A stretch of 64,000 nt of DNA from contig OZ219918.1 in assembly GCA_964291415.2 (NCBI GenBank), forward strand, positions 128,001-192,000, read 5' to 3'. Positions 9,382-19,975 of the stretch are shown piece after piece. Source of the stretch: Alphaproteobacteria bacterium (GTDB lineage: Bacteria > Pseudomonadota > Alphaproteobacteria > SP197). How positions within the stretch are numbered: the stretch's first letter is position 1; the number at the start of each line of letters is the position of its first letter. The notes under the pieces were generated by a model. It searched no databases, was not told the origin of the DNA, and saw only the letters and a list, made by a program, of their open reading frames with translations. Both the position numbers and the translations under genes were made by a program.

Positions 9382-11049
9382 TTACAACCGGGAGCGCTCA
9401 AGTTCGATATCGGCGTTGCGCCAGAACGATTCGAACTGCCGCGTCACGATGATGGCATCCTGCACCTTGCCCTGCGCCTCGAGCGCCTGCGCCAGACCGA
9501 AAGTTGACCAGCCATTCTGCTGGTTCCATTCCAGATCCTCGCGATAGACGGCTTCCGCTTCTTTCGCGCGCCCGGCGTCGAGCAGCGCCGCGCCCAGGTA
9601 GAGGCGCATGGACTGGGACCAGTCGGGCGGCTCGGTGTAGTTGCTGGCGTCCTGCAGTTTCACCGCCGCCTGAAAGTGAGTGATGGCTGCATCGAGGTTG
9701 CCCCGGGCTTCGGCGATCTCGCCCTGCAGCGCTTGGGCGGCCAGTTTGAGCACCTGTGACGCGGGCGTGGGTCCGACTCCGGTGTCGTCGACACCATCGA
9801 CCCGGGCCTGAGCCTGAATGTTGGCCAGTTCGGCCTCGGCCATGTCGATTTGACCGTCAGCCACATAGGCACTGCCGAGCACATAGCTCCACATGCCGTC
9901 GAGATACGGCGTGCCGGAGTGGCTTTGTTCGCCTTCCAGGATGCGGTCCCACTTGCCGAAGACCTTGTCCACTATCCAGGATTGCACCACCCGCTTTTCG
10001 CCGCCACGCACCGCTTCGGCAACCCGGCCGACACCCGCCACACTGCGCCGGGCGGCTTCGAACGAGGCGGCGTAGTTGCCTTGCAGCATGTTGGCGTAGC
10101 GTACGAAATCCAGCGCATGCGGCGCGTGGGACCTGTGCGACAGCGCATAGGTGCCATTCGTCGGAAAGTTGTTGTCGCCCCAGATTTCGGCGAACTGCTC
10201 ATCGACGACCTGGGACCGTTCGTTGGCGTCGATGGCCTTTTCGTACTCGCCGACACGCAGGTAGATGTGGCCGGGCATATGCACCATATGGCCCGAAATC
10301 GGCACGGTTCCTTCCAGCTTCAGGGCCGAAGGCATGGCCAGTTCCGGTTCGCCGGAGGCCTCCATCAGATGGATGTAGAGATGATTGGCGCCGGGATGGT
10401 CGTGTTCAACCGCCATGGCGGCTTCGAACGCAGCGCGTGCTTCAGCGGTGCCGGCCCTGGGTGAACCGTCGGGCTCCCAGTAATCCCAGCTTCTGGTGTT
10501 CATGTACGCTTCGCCGAACATGGACGCGATATCCGCATCGTCCGGATACTTGTGGTGCAGTTCGCGCATGGCGTTCAGATAGGCCTGGTCCCGTTCCCGG
10601 TCATCCGCGACGGCGTCCCTGTTGTAGAGCACGAACAGCGCGTTGATCATGTCCCGCTCCCGCTCGCTGCCGTTGTCGATGCGCTCGAGCGCATTGCGGA
10701 TGGCCTCGAGGCCGGCACCTTGAGGATCGTCCGGCAGACCGGCATAGCGACTGTTGGGATTGGGCCCCGCGGCATGGGCGAGGCCGAAGTATGGCATGGG
10801 ATGGTCCGGGTCGTGACGAGACGCTTCCTGGTATGAGGCCATGGACTCGGGAAAGTAGAAACTCCAGGCCATGCGCAGACCCTGGTCGAAAAAGGCCTGG
10901 GCCTTGGCCGAATCGGTTGAAATCGGTCTGCTGTACGTGCCGCCCCCGGGGATCAGTATAGCCAGGGCTCCGTCGTCCTGGGCCTGGACCGTCTGCCAGG
11001 TCATCAAGGCGGCAAGCAAGCCGGCAGCCGCAATCAGGAATCTGCTCAC
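9382..11049 (-). CDS. Secreted TPR-like protein with His-rich motifs
   Basis: Signal peptide; FFDQGL, HPGANHLYIH, GHMVHMPGHIY, YTEPPDW and NGWS motifs; GGAG precedes the GTG start. Confidence 0.75.
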   Translation of the reverse strand: MSRFLIAAAGLLAALMTWQTVQAQDDGALAILIPGGGTYSRPISTDSAKAQAFFDQGLRMAWSFYFPESMASYQEASRHDPDHPMPYFGLAHAAGPNPNSRYAGLPDDPQGAGLEAIRNALERIDNGSERERDMINALFVLYNRDAVADDRERDQAYLNAMRELHHKYPDDADIASMFGEAYMNTRSWDYWEPDGSPRAGTAEARAAFEAAMAVEHDHPGANHLYIHLMEASGEPELAMPSALKLEGTVPISGHMVHMPGHIYLRVGEYEKAIDANERSQVVDEQFAEIWGDNNFPTNGTYALSHRSHAPHALDFVRYANMLQGNYAASFEAARRSVAGVGRVAEAVRGGEKRVVQSWIVDKVFGKWDRILEGEQSHSGTPYLDGMWSYVLGSAYVADGQIDMAEAELANIQAQARVDGVDDTGVGPTPASQVLKLAAQALQGEIAEARGNLDAAITHFQAAVKLQDASNYTEPPDWSQSMRLYLGAALLDAGRAKEAEAVYREDLEWNQQNGWSTFGLAQALEAQGKVQDAIIVTRQFESFWRNADIELERSRL

Positions 11050-11220
11050 TGTTCACTCCCCGCAAGACAGAATCTCAGTGGTTCTTCGACCCGCCAACGG
11101 TCGGTATCAGAAGCATCGCGCCCCATTGCTCTGCCAGCTGGAGAAATCCGGGGCCGGGCACAGCCGTCCCACGGCGACGACGATCCTGGCCGATGTTCCC
11201 GCCTTGGTGCGACATGACCG

Positions 11221-11475
11221 CAGGAGGCCCGTCGGGAACGCGCCCCCGGTGAAGCCCCGCGGGCCGACACTCCATCGAGGAGCGCTCTCAACTTCGGCGC
11301 CCTGTCAGGCGGACCGTCGCCGCCGACGTGTCGGTCTCGCCCTCCCTCCTTCGTTGCTCGTGCCCGCCGCTCGCGAGGGAACCGGCGCGGCGGCTCCTCC
11401 CGGTCGGGGTGGAACCGGCACCGCTCACGGACCGGGACGATTGAAACGGCATCGGGAGTGGATCTCGATCCAGCC
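11221..11475. repeat. ~250 bp repeat (copy 1), paralogous to 22677-22930
   Basis: Shared blocks such as CCGCGGGCC..CACTCCATCGAG and CCGCTCACGGACC.GGACGATTGAAACGGCATCG.GAGTGGATCTCGATCCA. Confidence 0.8.
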
Positions 11476-11873
11476 CTCGTCGGCGTCGCTCGCTTGTGCA
11501 CCGTAGTCGCATTCGGCCACGAGGCCCCGATAGGCGCCGTCGACACCGATCATGCCGTGACTTCCGGACGTCCCGCTCCGGCGCGAGAGCACGTACAGCC
11601 TGCCGTTCGGCAGGGTCAACTCGGACACGGCAACGATGTCTCCGCCGCCGATCCACGTCAGGCCGAGCGCCGTACCCTTGTGGCCGGCTTCGAACGGCCT
11701 GTCCGCGGGTCCGCGATCTCCACGTCGCAGCGGGACGGGCCGGCTGCCGTATCGCCTACCTCGACGTAGGCGGGCTGGCACAGGCTGATGGCGGAGAATT
11801 CGCCGGAATCGTCGGCAGTCACCGTACCGGAAGCCGCGAGGAGAACGGCGCACGCCAGAGTGATTCGCCTCAT
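11425..11873 (-). pseudogene. Small secreted hypothetical protein (~149 aa) with a 1-nt frameshift
   Basis: Signal-like MRRITLACAVLLAASG. The frame switches near the G3 run at 11707-11709; one added base gives ...EIADPADRPFEAGHKG...WIEIHSRCRFNRPGP. Confidence 0.5.
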
Positions 11874-11984
11874 GCAGTGCTCCCGTCTGCTGCAACCGGC
11901 ACACAGTATGGGCCACGTGCCCCGTCCGCAACGAGCCGGATCCGGTCCCGTGCGACCGGCCGAGGCTGCAGGTTCCCCAGGTGC

Positions 11985-12182
11985 CCCGGGAACACAACTC
12001 CCGCCATGGCGCCAGGCTGTGTTCGGATCGGCCGCGCAGGTCAATCGGTCCCATATCGGTGAATTCGAACTTCGTGGAGCCGGCAAGGCGGTCGACAACG
12101 TCTGCCGAAGCGAGAAGGCCTCTGACAAGTTTCCTGCGGGCGGCTTCGATTCGCGTCGTCGCGTTCACCGTATCGCCGAGGT
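11985..12182 (-). pseudogene. 3' remnant of an adenylate/guanylate cyclase (copy of 23175-23383)
   Basis: LGDTVNATTRIEAARRKL...FEFTDMGPIDLRGRSE nearly matches the C-terminus of the intact cyclase. Confidence 0.8.
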
Positions 12183-12189
12183 CATGGCA

Positions 12190-12280
12190 CCGATTGCCGC
12201 TGCACTGTGCGGCAGGCTCGAAATCGAAGCTGTTGGTACCGGAACATCATCTGTCAGGATGTGACCAGGAGGTGGAGGCA
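12190..12280. repeat. Diverged partial third copy of the 3' end of the ~300 bp repeat
   Basis: GCTGTTGGTACCGGAACATCATCTGTCAGGATGTGACCA versus GCTGTCGGCACCGGAACAACACCTGTCAGGATGTGCCCA at ~22627 and a similar copy at ~24867. Confidence 0.65.
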
Positions 12281-12341
12281 CGTCGATCAGGAGAACGTTG
12301 CGGCCCCTTGTGAAATTGGGAGCACGTGACACCTGTCAGTC

Positions 12342-12370
12342 TGGAATGACACATGACATCGCGCTATAAT
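12342..12370 (+). promoter_or_regulatory. Putative sigma70 promoter of the Xre-RES operon
   Basis: Perfect TATAAT at 12365-12370, upstream of GGAG and ATG 12396. Confidence 0.45.
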
Positions 12371-12395
12371 GCGTCAAGAAACGTGGAGAACGGCC

Positions 12396-12746
12396 ATGCG
12401 TTTTCAGGAGTTCATGGAAGATCAGGTGTTCTCTCCGACTCTCGTCGCTGAAACGCTGCGCACCACAAAGTCGGAAATTGCTGCCACGCTGGGACTCGGG
12501 AGAGACGCATTCGCACGCGAATCGCGGATCCGGGCACGGAAGACCCAGAGCCGCCTGCGCCAGATGCTGGAGATTCTCAACCGTGTTGAAGCCATGACCG
12601 GTTCGCCGCTTGCCGCCTATGCATGGTTCCGCGCCGAGCCGCTGCCGGGATTCGGAGGTGTCACCCCCGATCAGCTGCTGCGCCAGGGCCGTGCCGATCA
12701 TGTGCATGCCTATCTCGACCGGATCATGGCAGGTGGCTACGCCTGA
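12396..12746 (+). CDS. Xre/MbcA/ParS-family antitoxin (DUF2384-like)
   Basis: AYAWFRAEPLPGFGGVTPDQLL...YLDRI..GGYA C-terminal motif; upstream of a RES toxin. Confidence 0.85.
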   Translation: MRFQEFMEDQVFSPTLVAETLRTTKSEIAATLGLGRDAFARESRIRARKTQSRLRQMLEILNRVEAMTGSPLAAYAWFRAEPLPGFGGVTPDQLLRQGRADHVHAYLDRIMAGGYA

Positions 12747-12761
12747 GTTCGTGCGTCACTG

Positions 12762-13274
12762 ATGCGCTTTCAGGGCGTGGTGTACCGGGCGCACAACCCA
12801 CTATGGTCATGGGCGCCCCTGTCCGGTGAAGGCGCACGCCGTCATGGTGGTCGTTTCAACCGACGTGGCGTTGCGGCACTCTACACGTCTCTTACTCCTC
12901 TCGCCGCAGTCCGCGAGGCACAGCCGCTCGGTCGCCCCATGCAACCACTCACGCTTTGCGCCTACAACGTGGATGTCGAACCTGTTTTCGATGCGCTCAA
13001 CGAAGAGACGCGTCAGGCCCTGAGCATTGGCTGGAACGACCTTGTGTGCCCTGGTTGGGAAGCTGACATGCTCTTCGGCGCCGTCCCCGCATCGCAGACT
13101 CTGGCTGACCGGCTGATCGCTGCCGGCTATGCGGGCATGAAGGTTCAGAGTTTTGCGACCGGCGCCGATGCTGACGACATCAATCTTGTGATGTGGAGAT
13201 GGGGCGCCGAAAGACCCGCCAGAGTTGTCCTCATCGATGACGAGGGCAGGCTTGTCCCTGGACCGGGCCACTGA
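12762..13274 (+). CDS. RES-domain toxin (NAD+ phosphorylase-like)
   Basis: VYRA...SGEGARRHGGRFNRRG..ALYTSL...AVRE...S...NLVMW RES signature. Confidence 0.85.
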   Translation: MRFQGVVYRAHNPLWSWAPLSGEGARRHGGRFNRRGVAALYTSLTPLAAVREAQPLGRPMQPLTLCAYNVDVEPVFDALNEETRQALSIGWNDLVCPGWEADMLFGAVPASQTLADRLIAAGYAGMKVQSFATGADADDINLVMWRWGAERPARVVLIDDEGRLVPGPGH

Positions 13275-13324
13275 TCGCTTCCGGCCTGGCGCACATTCCG
13301 TGGCGTCTTGCCGGCATGGCGGTT

Positions 13325-13610
13325 TCACAGCATCCCGGAGAGCCTGGTGCGCTGGACCTTGCCGGACGGGCCCCTGGGCAGGTCAGCAAGGACATGGATG
13401 CGATCGGGAGCCCGGAAGGCGCCGAGCCTGGCGCGACAGTGGGTGGTGAGTTCCTCGATGGTCACCGTCGCGTCCTTCGCGAGGCAGACGGCGACCTCGA
13501 TGCGTTGGCCGTAGTCCCGGCAGGGTCTGGCGAACGCCGCCTCGATGACATCGGGGTGGGCGTGGAGTGCATCATCCACTTCCCGGAGGGCGATGTTCTC
13601 GCCTCTCGCC
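13325..13610 (-). pseudogene. C-terminal fragment of an acyl-CoA ligase (probably sulfoacetate-CoA ligase SauT)
   Basis: GENIALREVDDAL..HPDV...YGQ...LPRGPSGKVQR AMP-binding C-terminal domain, with no N-terminal domain attached. Confidence 0.65.
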
Positions 13611-13946
13611 TCATGCAGGCCTCCCGTCTTCGTGACCTGCACACGCTAGGAACTATGGGCCTCGATCGCAACGAAGCGGGTCCGCTGCCGTGTGGCCGGC
13701 TGAGTTGCCCGGATCTTCGATGCCGGCCCATGTCGGCGAGGCGAACCAGGTCCCGGGGCGTCTTGTCGGATGGCCGTCTTTCGATGATCGGCGGCGCTCT
13801 CGAGAACTCCTGCGATCTCTCCGAACCGGCCGCCAAACCTCCTGCTGCACTGCCGCGCAGTCAGCATGTCGGACGTCGGTCAGGGCGGTTCTGTCCGATG
13901 GCCGGTTTCCGTGGGCACAGAACAACCGGTGTCACACGGCCGTTCG

Positions 13947-14705
13947 TCAGCGCGTGATCGTACCGCCATCGACGACAATGGTCTGGCCGGTCACGAAGGT
14001 TGCCGTTTCCGAGGCCAGAAAGGCCGCGACGCCGACCAGATCCGATGGTTCGATGAGCCGCTGTACGCTCTGGGACCGGAGAATGTCGGTTTCCAGCTCA
14101 TTCACGATTTCCGGGCTGGCCATCGAGCGCGTTGCCTCGGTGGTGGTGTATCCCGGCGCCAATCCGTTCACCGTGATTCCGGTCCCGGAAAGTTCCCGGG
14201 AAAGGGCGTTCGTCAATGCCCATACGGCACCCTTGGAGGCAACATAGTGAAGGAAGCCGGGCTTGCCCATGAAGATCACGTTGCTGGAGACATTGATGAT
14301 GCGGCCATGGCCTCGGGATCGCATGTGCGGGGCGACCGCACGACACATTTGCCAGACACCCTTGACGTTGACGGACATGACCCTGTCCCATTCATCTTCC
14401 GGGATGTCCTCGAATCCCCTGATGCGAATGCCGCCGTAAATCGCGGCGTTGTTGACGAGCGTGTCGACATGTCCAAACGCTTCGAGGGACGATTCGATGA
14501 TATCCGAGGCATCACGGGCCGAGGTCACGTCGCCGATCAGGCCGATGGCCTCCCCGGATGCATCTCTCACCTGGCGAACTGTCTCTTCGCAGCTCAGGCG
14601 GTCTGTCGCGACAACGTTCGCGCCAAGCCGTGCGAAATGCAGCGCCATGCTTTGGCCGATGCCCCGCGCCGCGCCGGTGATGATGGCAACGCGATGCTTC
14701 AGCAT
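13947..14705 (-). CDS. Short-chain dehydrogenase/reductase
   Basis: TGAARGIG, NNAA, YVASKGA and VDGG motifs. Confidence 0.9.
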   Translation of the reverse strand: MLKHRVAIITGAARGIGQSMALHFARLGANVVATDRLSCEETVRQVRDASGEAIGLIGDVTSARDASDIIESSLEAFGHVDTLVNNAAIYGGIRIRGFEDIPEDEWDRVMSVNVKGVWQMCRAVAPHMRSRGHGRIINVSSNVIFMGKPGFLHYVASKGAVWALTNALSRELSGTGITVNGLAPGYTTTEATRSMASPEIVNELETDILRSQSVQRLIEPSDLVGVAAFLASETATFVTGQTIVVDGGTITR

Positions 14706-15045
14706 GCCTGTTGCCGTCCTTCCGCCGCTGATCTGAATCCGCTGAAGTTGCCGGACACCTGATCGTTCCGTTGCACGCCTTGATCCTCTCCGGCCCGGAC
14801 TCCCCGGGGAGATGGGAAGCAATCAAACTCCCTAGGGGTCGCGAAGGCAAGGGCGGCAACACCGTCCCCGGGACGCCATGATCCGCACGTTTCAGGTCGA
14901 CAAGGCCGACTCTCCACCGACGATGAAGCCGGCAGGAGCATCCTCGTGAACCGGCCGGCGTTTTCGATGAGGGACCATATGCCCGTGTTGTCCGGGTCGG
15001 TCGCGGGCCTTCCTCCCCGGCATCCGGCTTGCGAACCGGAAATGG

Positions 15046-16524
15046 CTACCCCTGCCGGGTCATCTGAATGCGAGGGCCTTCGCCGGTGGGGCGACTGAAA
15101 TCGATGCCGGTGTTGCGTTCCGCGGCGCTCAGCATGCGCCTTCCGGCTGCGCCTGCCTTGCTCGCGATGTCGTCCTCGTCGAAGCTCGCGAGCTTGCCGT
15201 TCTCGACAACGATCCGCCCATTGACCATCGTGAGTTGTGCTTTTGATTCGGAGCCACACATCAACAGGGCCGCGAGAGGATCGCTGGAGGCGCCAACGTA
15301 GGATACGCCTCCAAGATTGAAGGCCGCGATATCGGCGGACATGTCGGGAGCAAGGTGGCCGATGTCGTTTCGACCCAGAATGGCCGCGCCATTCCTCGTA
15401 GCCATGAGAAGCGCCTGATATGGCGTCATCCACTCGACGAGAGGATCCACATCGTCGGGCGTGTTGACCCGGTGCAGGAGGAGTCCGAGCCGCACTTCGT
15501 TGAGCATGGAACCGCTGTCGTTGCTGGACGCGCCGTCGACACCAATGCCGACCGTGACTCCCTTTCGTTGCATGGCGGCAATTCGCGGAACCCGATAGCC
15601 CAGACGAACAATGGTCCGGGGACAATGCGCAACGCCGCATCCGTTCTCAGCGAAAGCGCGAATCTCGTCATCCTCCAGTTCGGTACAATGTGCGAACCAG
15701 GTTCCCGGCCTGAGCCAACCGCTTTCGGCCAGAACATCGAGAGGCTCCTTGCCGGTCTTTTGCCGTGAAAGGGTGCGTTCGAGCTGGCGCGGGAGATAAT
15801 GTGTGTGAAGACCACAATTGGCCGATTCAGCGATTTCGGCCATTTTTCGCATGAAATCCGGCCGATCATAACTGACCCCCGTCGGTCCCAGAGCGATGCG
15901 CAGCATGGAATGGCGGCCTGAATCGTGGTGGATGCGGATGGTGTCCTCGATGGCGGGGATCAGTTCTTCTTCCCGGTCCTGCAGACGACGGAGCCGTTTG
16001 CCCATGACCGGCAACAGCCGGGTGGCAAGATCGCCCTCCATGGTCGGCATCGAACCTCGAACCAGATGCAGGCGAATTCCCGAATCAGCGGCAGCGTTCA
16101 CCTGAGACCCCACGAAATCGCCGTCTTCGGCGGGCATGAGGTAGGAATGATCCGCGGTTGTGGTGGCGCCTGTCAGAAGCAGTTCCGCCGTGGCAGCCAT
16201 GCTCGCCCAGTACAGGGCTTCCGGATCAAGCTCGGCCCAAAGCGGATACAGGCCTGCCAGCCAGTCGATGGCAGACGCCCGCTGTGTGGCCGGAATGCCG
16301 CGCGCGATCGACTGGAAAAAGTGATGGTGGGTGTTGACAAGCCCCGGTATGGCCACGCAACCGGTCAGATCGAGGGAAATGTCAGCGTGCTGTCCGCGCC
16401 ACGGTTCGTGGCCGATTTCGGCAATCCGGCAATCCCTGACCAGGATGTACCCCCGGCGGAAAGCGCGGTTCTCGTCATCACATGTATAGATGCAGTCTAT
16501 GTTTCGAAGGATGACGGTGGTCAC
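15046..16524 (-). CDS. Amidohydrolase, 8-oxoguanine deaminase/AtzB-like
   Basis: PGLVNTHHHFFQ, ELLLTGATT.ADHSY, WFAHC and GVDGASSND motifs; GGAGG precedes GTG 16524. Confidence 0.8.
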   Translation of the reverse strand: MTTVILRNIDCIYTCDDENRAFRRGYILVRDCRIAEIGHEPWRGQHADISLDLTGCVAIPGLVNTHHHFFQSIARGIPATQRASAIDWLAGLYPLWAELDPEALYWASMAATAELLLTGATTTADHSYLMPAEDGDFVGSQVNAAADSGIRLHLVRGSMPTMEGDLATRLLPVMGKRLRRLQDREEELIPAIEDTIRIHHDSGRHSMLRIALGPTGVSYDRPDFMRKMAEIAESANCGLHTHYLPRQLERTLSRQKTGKEPLDVLAESGWLRPGTWFAHCTELEDDEIRAFAENGCGVAHCPRTIVRLGYRVPRIAAMQRKGVTVGIGVDGASSNDSGSMLNEVRLGLLLHRVNTPDDVDPLVEWMTPYQALLMATRNGAAILGRNDIGHLAPDMSADIAAFNLGGVSYVGASSDPLAALLMCGSESKAQLTMVNGRIVVENGKLASFDEDDIASKAGAAGRRMLSAAERNTGIDFSRPTGEGPRIQMTRQG

Positions 16525-16556
16525 GTATCCTCCAGCGTTTCCGGTCTCGTGCCGCC

Positions 16557-17249
16557 CTATCCGGCGTAGGTTCCGGGGCCGGGCCAGGGATCGTTCATTT
16601 TCCACGCAGCGTCGAAGACATGAATCTGATGCTGAACGCTACGCAGGAAAATCCGCTCCAATTCTTCCAGTTCGGTTTCGTTCAGATTTCCGGCGCAGGT
16701 TTCGAGCGCCTCGACCAGGGCATTGACCTGCTTTCTCTGGAACGGCCGGCGGTAGTGATCAATCCATTTTCGATAGACGGCATGATGACTGGAGGTATCC
16801 CTGTCCTTCATCCAGTCGCCGATCTCCGCGAAACCCACGCAACACGGCAACGTCGATGTGAAAACCGCGAACGCGGACCCTTCATGCGCCGTGCGCACAA
16901 GGTGGTTCATGTAGCCCTCACGCGCCTTCAGCGCGGCCCACCGGTCTGACGAGAAATCATTGCAGCCGATCTCCGCCAGCCAGTCCTCTTCGACATTTCC
17001 TTCGTCATAGTCCGCGATGAGCTTGAGAAAGGGCCTGAAATGTCTCAAATCGCGGGCGCTCAGTTTGGCAAACCCCATGAAATAAACCCGGGAAAAATCT
17101 GCAAGGTAGGGAAGATCCTGGACCAGGAAAAACTGGAAGCGCTCCACGCTCAAATCTCCGTGGTACATCCCTTCCAGCCATGGGTGGCGCACGTAGGCTG
17201 TCCAGTTTTCTCCCGCATGCGACTTGAGCCGATCGATGAAATCACCCAT
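16557..17249 (-). CDS. tenA: TenA (thiaminase II/aminopyrimidine aminohydrolase) family protein
   Basis: YVRHPW...GDLSVERF..FLVQD..YL, LPCCVGF (catalytic-type Cys) and YRKWIDHY motifs. Confidence 0.7.
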   Translation of the reverse strand: MGDFIDRLKSHAGENWTAYVRHPWLEGMYHGDLSVERFQFFLVQDLPYLADFSRVYFMGFAKLSARDLRHFRPFLKLIADYDEGNVEEDWLAEIGCNDFSSDRWAALKAREGYMNHLVRTAHEGSAFAVFTSTLPCCVGFAEIGDWMKDRDTSSHHAVYRKWIDHYRRPFQRKQVNALVEALETCAGNLNETELEELERIFLRSVQHQIHVFDAAWKMNDPWPGPGTYAG

Positions 17250-17770
17250 CCCCCGATTTCCTTTCATGCCCGTGCCACGGCGCCCGGAAACAAGGTATGC
17301 AAGCTGGGCCGTCTTGTAAACAGGCCGCGCCGGTCTGATCAGGACGAACACGCGCCGTCCCATGGTGACGATTTGCCGGATGTCGTGCGCTTGCTGCCAT
17401 GACGGGCGGCTCTCCGGCACCGCCTCGATGCAGCGCGACGCCCGACGACCCGCGCCGGGAACCGGCTGCTTCGTGCAGACGACGTCACCTGCGGCAAAGG
17501 CCGTGGCCATGCCTTCGTTGTCTGCCTGACCGGTGCAATTGTCGCAATCCTGCGCTGCAAGGTTCAGTCCTGGTTGACCGGCTCCGCACATGCCGGGGAG
17601 AGGCTGATGAAGGAGGGCCGCATACGCGGCGATGCGCCGTCGCTGCCGGAATCACTTTGTTCTGTGTCCGCTGCTGTAGTACCGTCTTTCCGTTGTCCTG
17701 TTGGTGCCCACCGAAACCGGTCGGGCGCAAGATGAGCTGTTCAAGCACTATCAAGAACGGGAGGCGTATC

Positions 17771-18823
17771 GTGAATTCACATTCTTCAAGACGAGATTTC
17801 CTGAAGGCCGGCGCTATCGGAGGGGCCGCAGCGACCTTTGCATCCGGCACTTTGTTGACACCTTCAATGGCGGCAGATCCCCTTCGGGTGACTCACTACG
17901 GGGGCCCCTATGCCGCCCTGGAGTCAATCATCGGAGAAACGTTCGAGGATGCCGGATACGGGTCGGTCGAATACGAACAGGATCAGCCTGGCCTGATTAT
18001 CAGCAAATGGCAGGCAGATCCAAGCGACCCGATTTACGATATCGGCTTCTTGACACGGGATCCGACGGTCCGGGCGGGCAAGTCCGGCCTGGTCGAGGTG
18101 CTTTCGGAGGCCGATGTGCCGCTGCTGTCGGAGTGCATACCGGGAACCCTGGCACCTGGCGGGTATGGCGTGGCAATGGTCTTCGATGCGATCGATCTTG
18201 TCTATGACAAGGATGCCGTCGATGGGCCAGTGGATTCGTGGCTCGACCTTTGGCGCCCTGAAGTCAGCGGAAAGCTCATGCTGCCGACGGCACCGTTGAA
18301 CGGCATGGTCGCGGTTCTCCTGGTTACTCTCGCTCGCGCCATGGGCGGCAGCGAGGAAACTGTTGACGAGATATTCCCGAAGGTGGCGGAACTGAAACCG
18401 CACGTGCGGAGTTTCTTCGGAGACCCGAACCAGGTCACGCAGCTCATGGAGCGGCGCGAAGCGGCCATCGCACCTCAGTACAGCGCCCGGATCGGGTTGG
18501 CCATCGCGAAGAACGACTTCATTGCGCGAGCGACCCCCAAGGAAGGAGTGCCGTCGCAGCCATACGATCTGGTGATTGCCAAGGGCAGTCATCAGATGGA
18601 TCTGGCCAAGACCTACGTCAACTACACGCTTGAACGCGAGGTGCAGAAGGCGATTTGTTCCGCGATACCTCTGACGCCTGCCAACAGCAATGTTGAACTC
18701 GATGAGGAGTTCGCCCGACTGATGATCCGGGATGCCAGCAGCCATTTTCTGTATGATTACGCCTATGTGGCGAGCAGACAGGCTGAATGGACCGATCGTT
18801 GGGCGCGTGAAATCGCAAGTTGA
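17771..18823 (+). CDS. ABC transporter substrate-binding protein (PotD/thiamine-like family), Tat signal
   Basis: SRRDFLK Tat motif; SWLDLW.P, PKEG and WTDRWARE motifs. Confidence 0.8.
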   Translation: MNSHSSRRDFLKAGAIGGAAATFASGTLLTPSMAADPLRVTHYGGPYAALESIIGETFEDAGYGSVEYEQDQPGLIISKWQADPSDPIYDIGFLTRDPTVRAGKSGLVEVLSEADVPLLSECIPGTLAPGGYGVAMVFDAIDLVYDKDAVDGPVDSWLDLWRPEVSGKLMLPTAPLNGMVAVLLVTLARAMGGSEETVDEIFPKVAELKPHVRSFFGDPNQVTQLMERREAAIAPQYSARIGLAIAKNDFIARATPKEGVPSQPYDLVIAKGSHQMDLAKTYVNYTLEREVQKAICSAIPLTPANSNVELDEEFARLMIRDASSHFLYDYAYVASRQAEWTDRWAREIAS

Positions 18824-19160
18824 CGTTGAAGGCGGGCCGGGCCTTGCCACCGACCCGTTTCTGACCCGGTCCTGCCGCTCTCCCGCTGCCTGGCATCTCG
18901 AGGCAGCGGGAGAGCGGCCCGCGTTGCTGGCCTGGCTGGCGTTTGATCCCTGATTTCCGCGGGCGGAGTGCCTTGTGAATGCGGGCACGGGAGTTGCGCA
19001 CGGATGTTCCCGTCATCCGCGCGACGTGTGATCGCGACCGGGACGGCATTCGGTCCATATGCGAGCATGCCCGGCTGAATCGGCATCCAAGATTGCATCT
19101 GTTCGACGCCTTCGCTCCCGACCGAAGTCCCTGACGCGCCACGCGTGGCCACGTTCTGTT

Positions 19161-19949
19161 TCAGGCCAGATTTGCCACGTCGCGTTTGCGCAACATGCGC
19201 CCGAACAGGAGAAGTCCGACGAGGGAAATGACGACCAGCACGGTCGATACGGCTGCAACACTGGGGTCGGCATAGTACTGGATATGCTGCATCAGACGCA
19301 GGGGCAGAGGATCTCCGCGAGCGAGGAAAATCGACATGGCGACATTGTCGAACGACATCAGAAAGGCGAACGCGACGCCTGCGATCATCCCGGGCCGGAC
19401 AGCAGGGAACGTGATGTCAAGAAATGTCCTGAGACGCGAGGCTCCCAGAGACTGCGCCGCGTGCTCAAGCCGGATGTCGTAACCAGACAGGGCCGCCAGA
19501 ACCAGGTAGACGACGTAGGGAATGCCGATGATGCTGTGGCCGAGCGAGGCAGCCAGGATTCCGGGCCGAATGCCCACCGGCGCCAGGGTTTGAAGCAGGC
19601 CGAGTCCGATGACCACCGCGGGAATGATCAACGGCATGATGACCAGGGACTGAACCGCCGATCGCCCGAAGAACCGGTAGTTGTTGATCGAGATGCCTGC
19701 CAGCGTTCCGGCCACGCCGGCCATGGCGCTGCTGATGGTCGCGATGATCGTGCTCACCACAAAACCATCGACGAACTTGCGATTGTCCCAAGCCACCTCG
19801 TACCACTCCAGGCTCCAGCCCGGTGGCGGGAACACGAGCTGCGAGACATTGCTGAACGACAGGACAATGGCGACGGCGATCGGACCCAGAAGAAAGACCG
19901 TCACCAGTCCGACATATGCGATCAGGAAGGGGGAAGCTGTTCTCGTCAT
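19161..19949 (-). CDS. ABC permease (PotC-like)
   Basis: FPPPGWSLEWY, LEHAAQSLGA (EAA loop) and FLMSFDN motifs. Confidence 0.85.
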   Translation of the reverse strand: MTRTASPFLIAYVGLVTVFLLGPIAVAIVLSFSNVSQLVFPPPGWSLEWYEVAWDNRKFVDGFVVSTIIATISSAMAGVAGTLAGISINNYRFFGRSAVQSLVIMPLIIPAVVIGLGLLQTLAPVGIRPGILAASLGHSIIGIPYVVYLVLAALSGYDIRLEHAAQSLGASRLRTFLDITFPAVRPGMIAGVAFAFLMSFDNVAMSIFLARGDPLPLRLMQHIQYYADPSVAAVSTVLVVISLVGLLLFGRMLRKRDVANLA

Positions 19950-19975
19950 GTCCGTGAAGGCCCGCCGCTTGCCCG

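Noticed and set aside
17250-17770. TPP riboswitch upstream of tenA or the SBP
   Set aside because: No CTGAGA plus ACCTGAT core found by eye on either strand.
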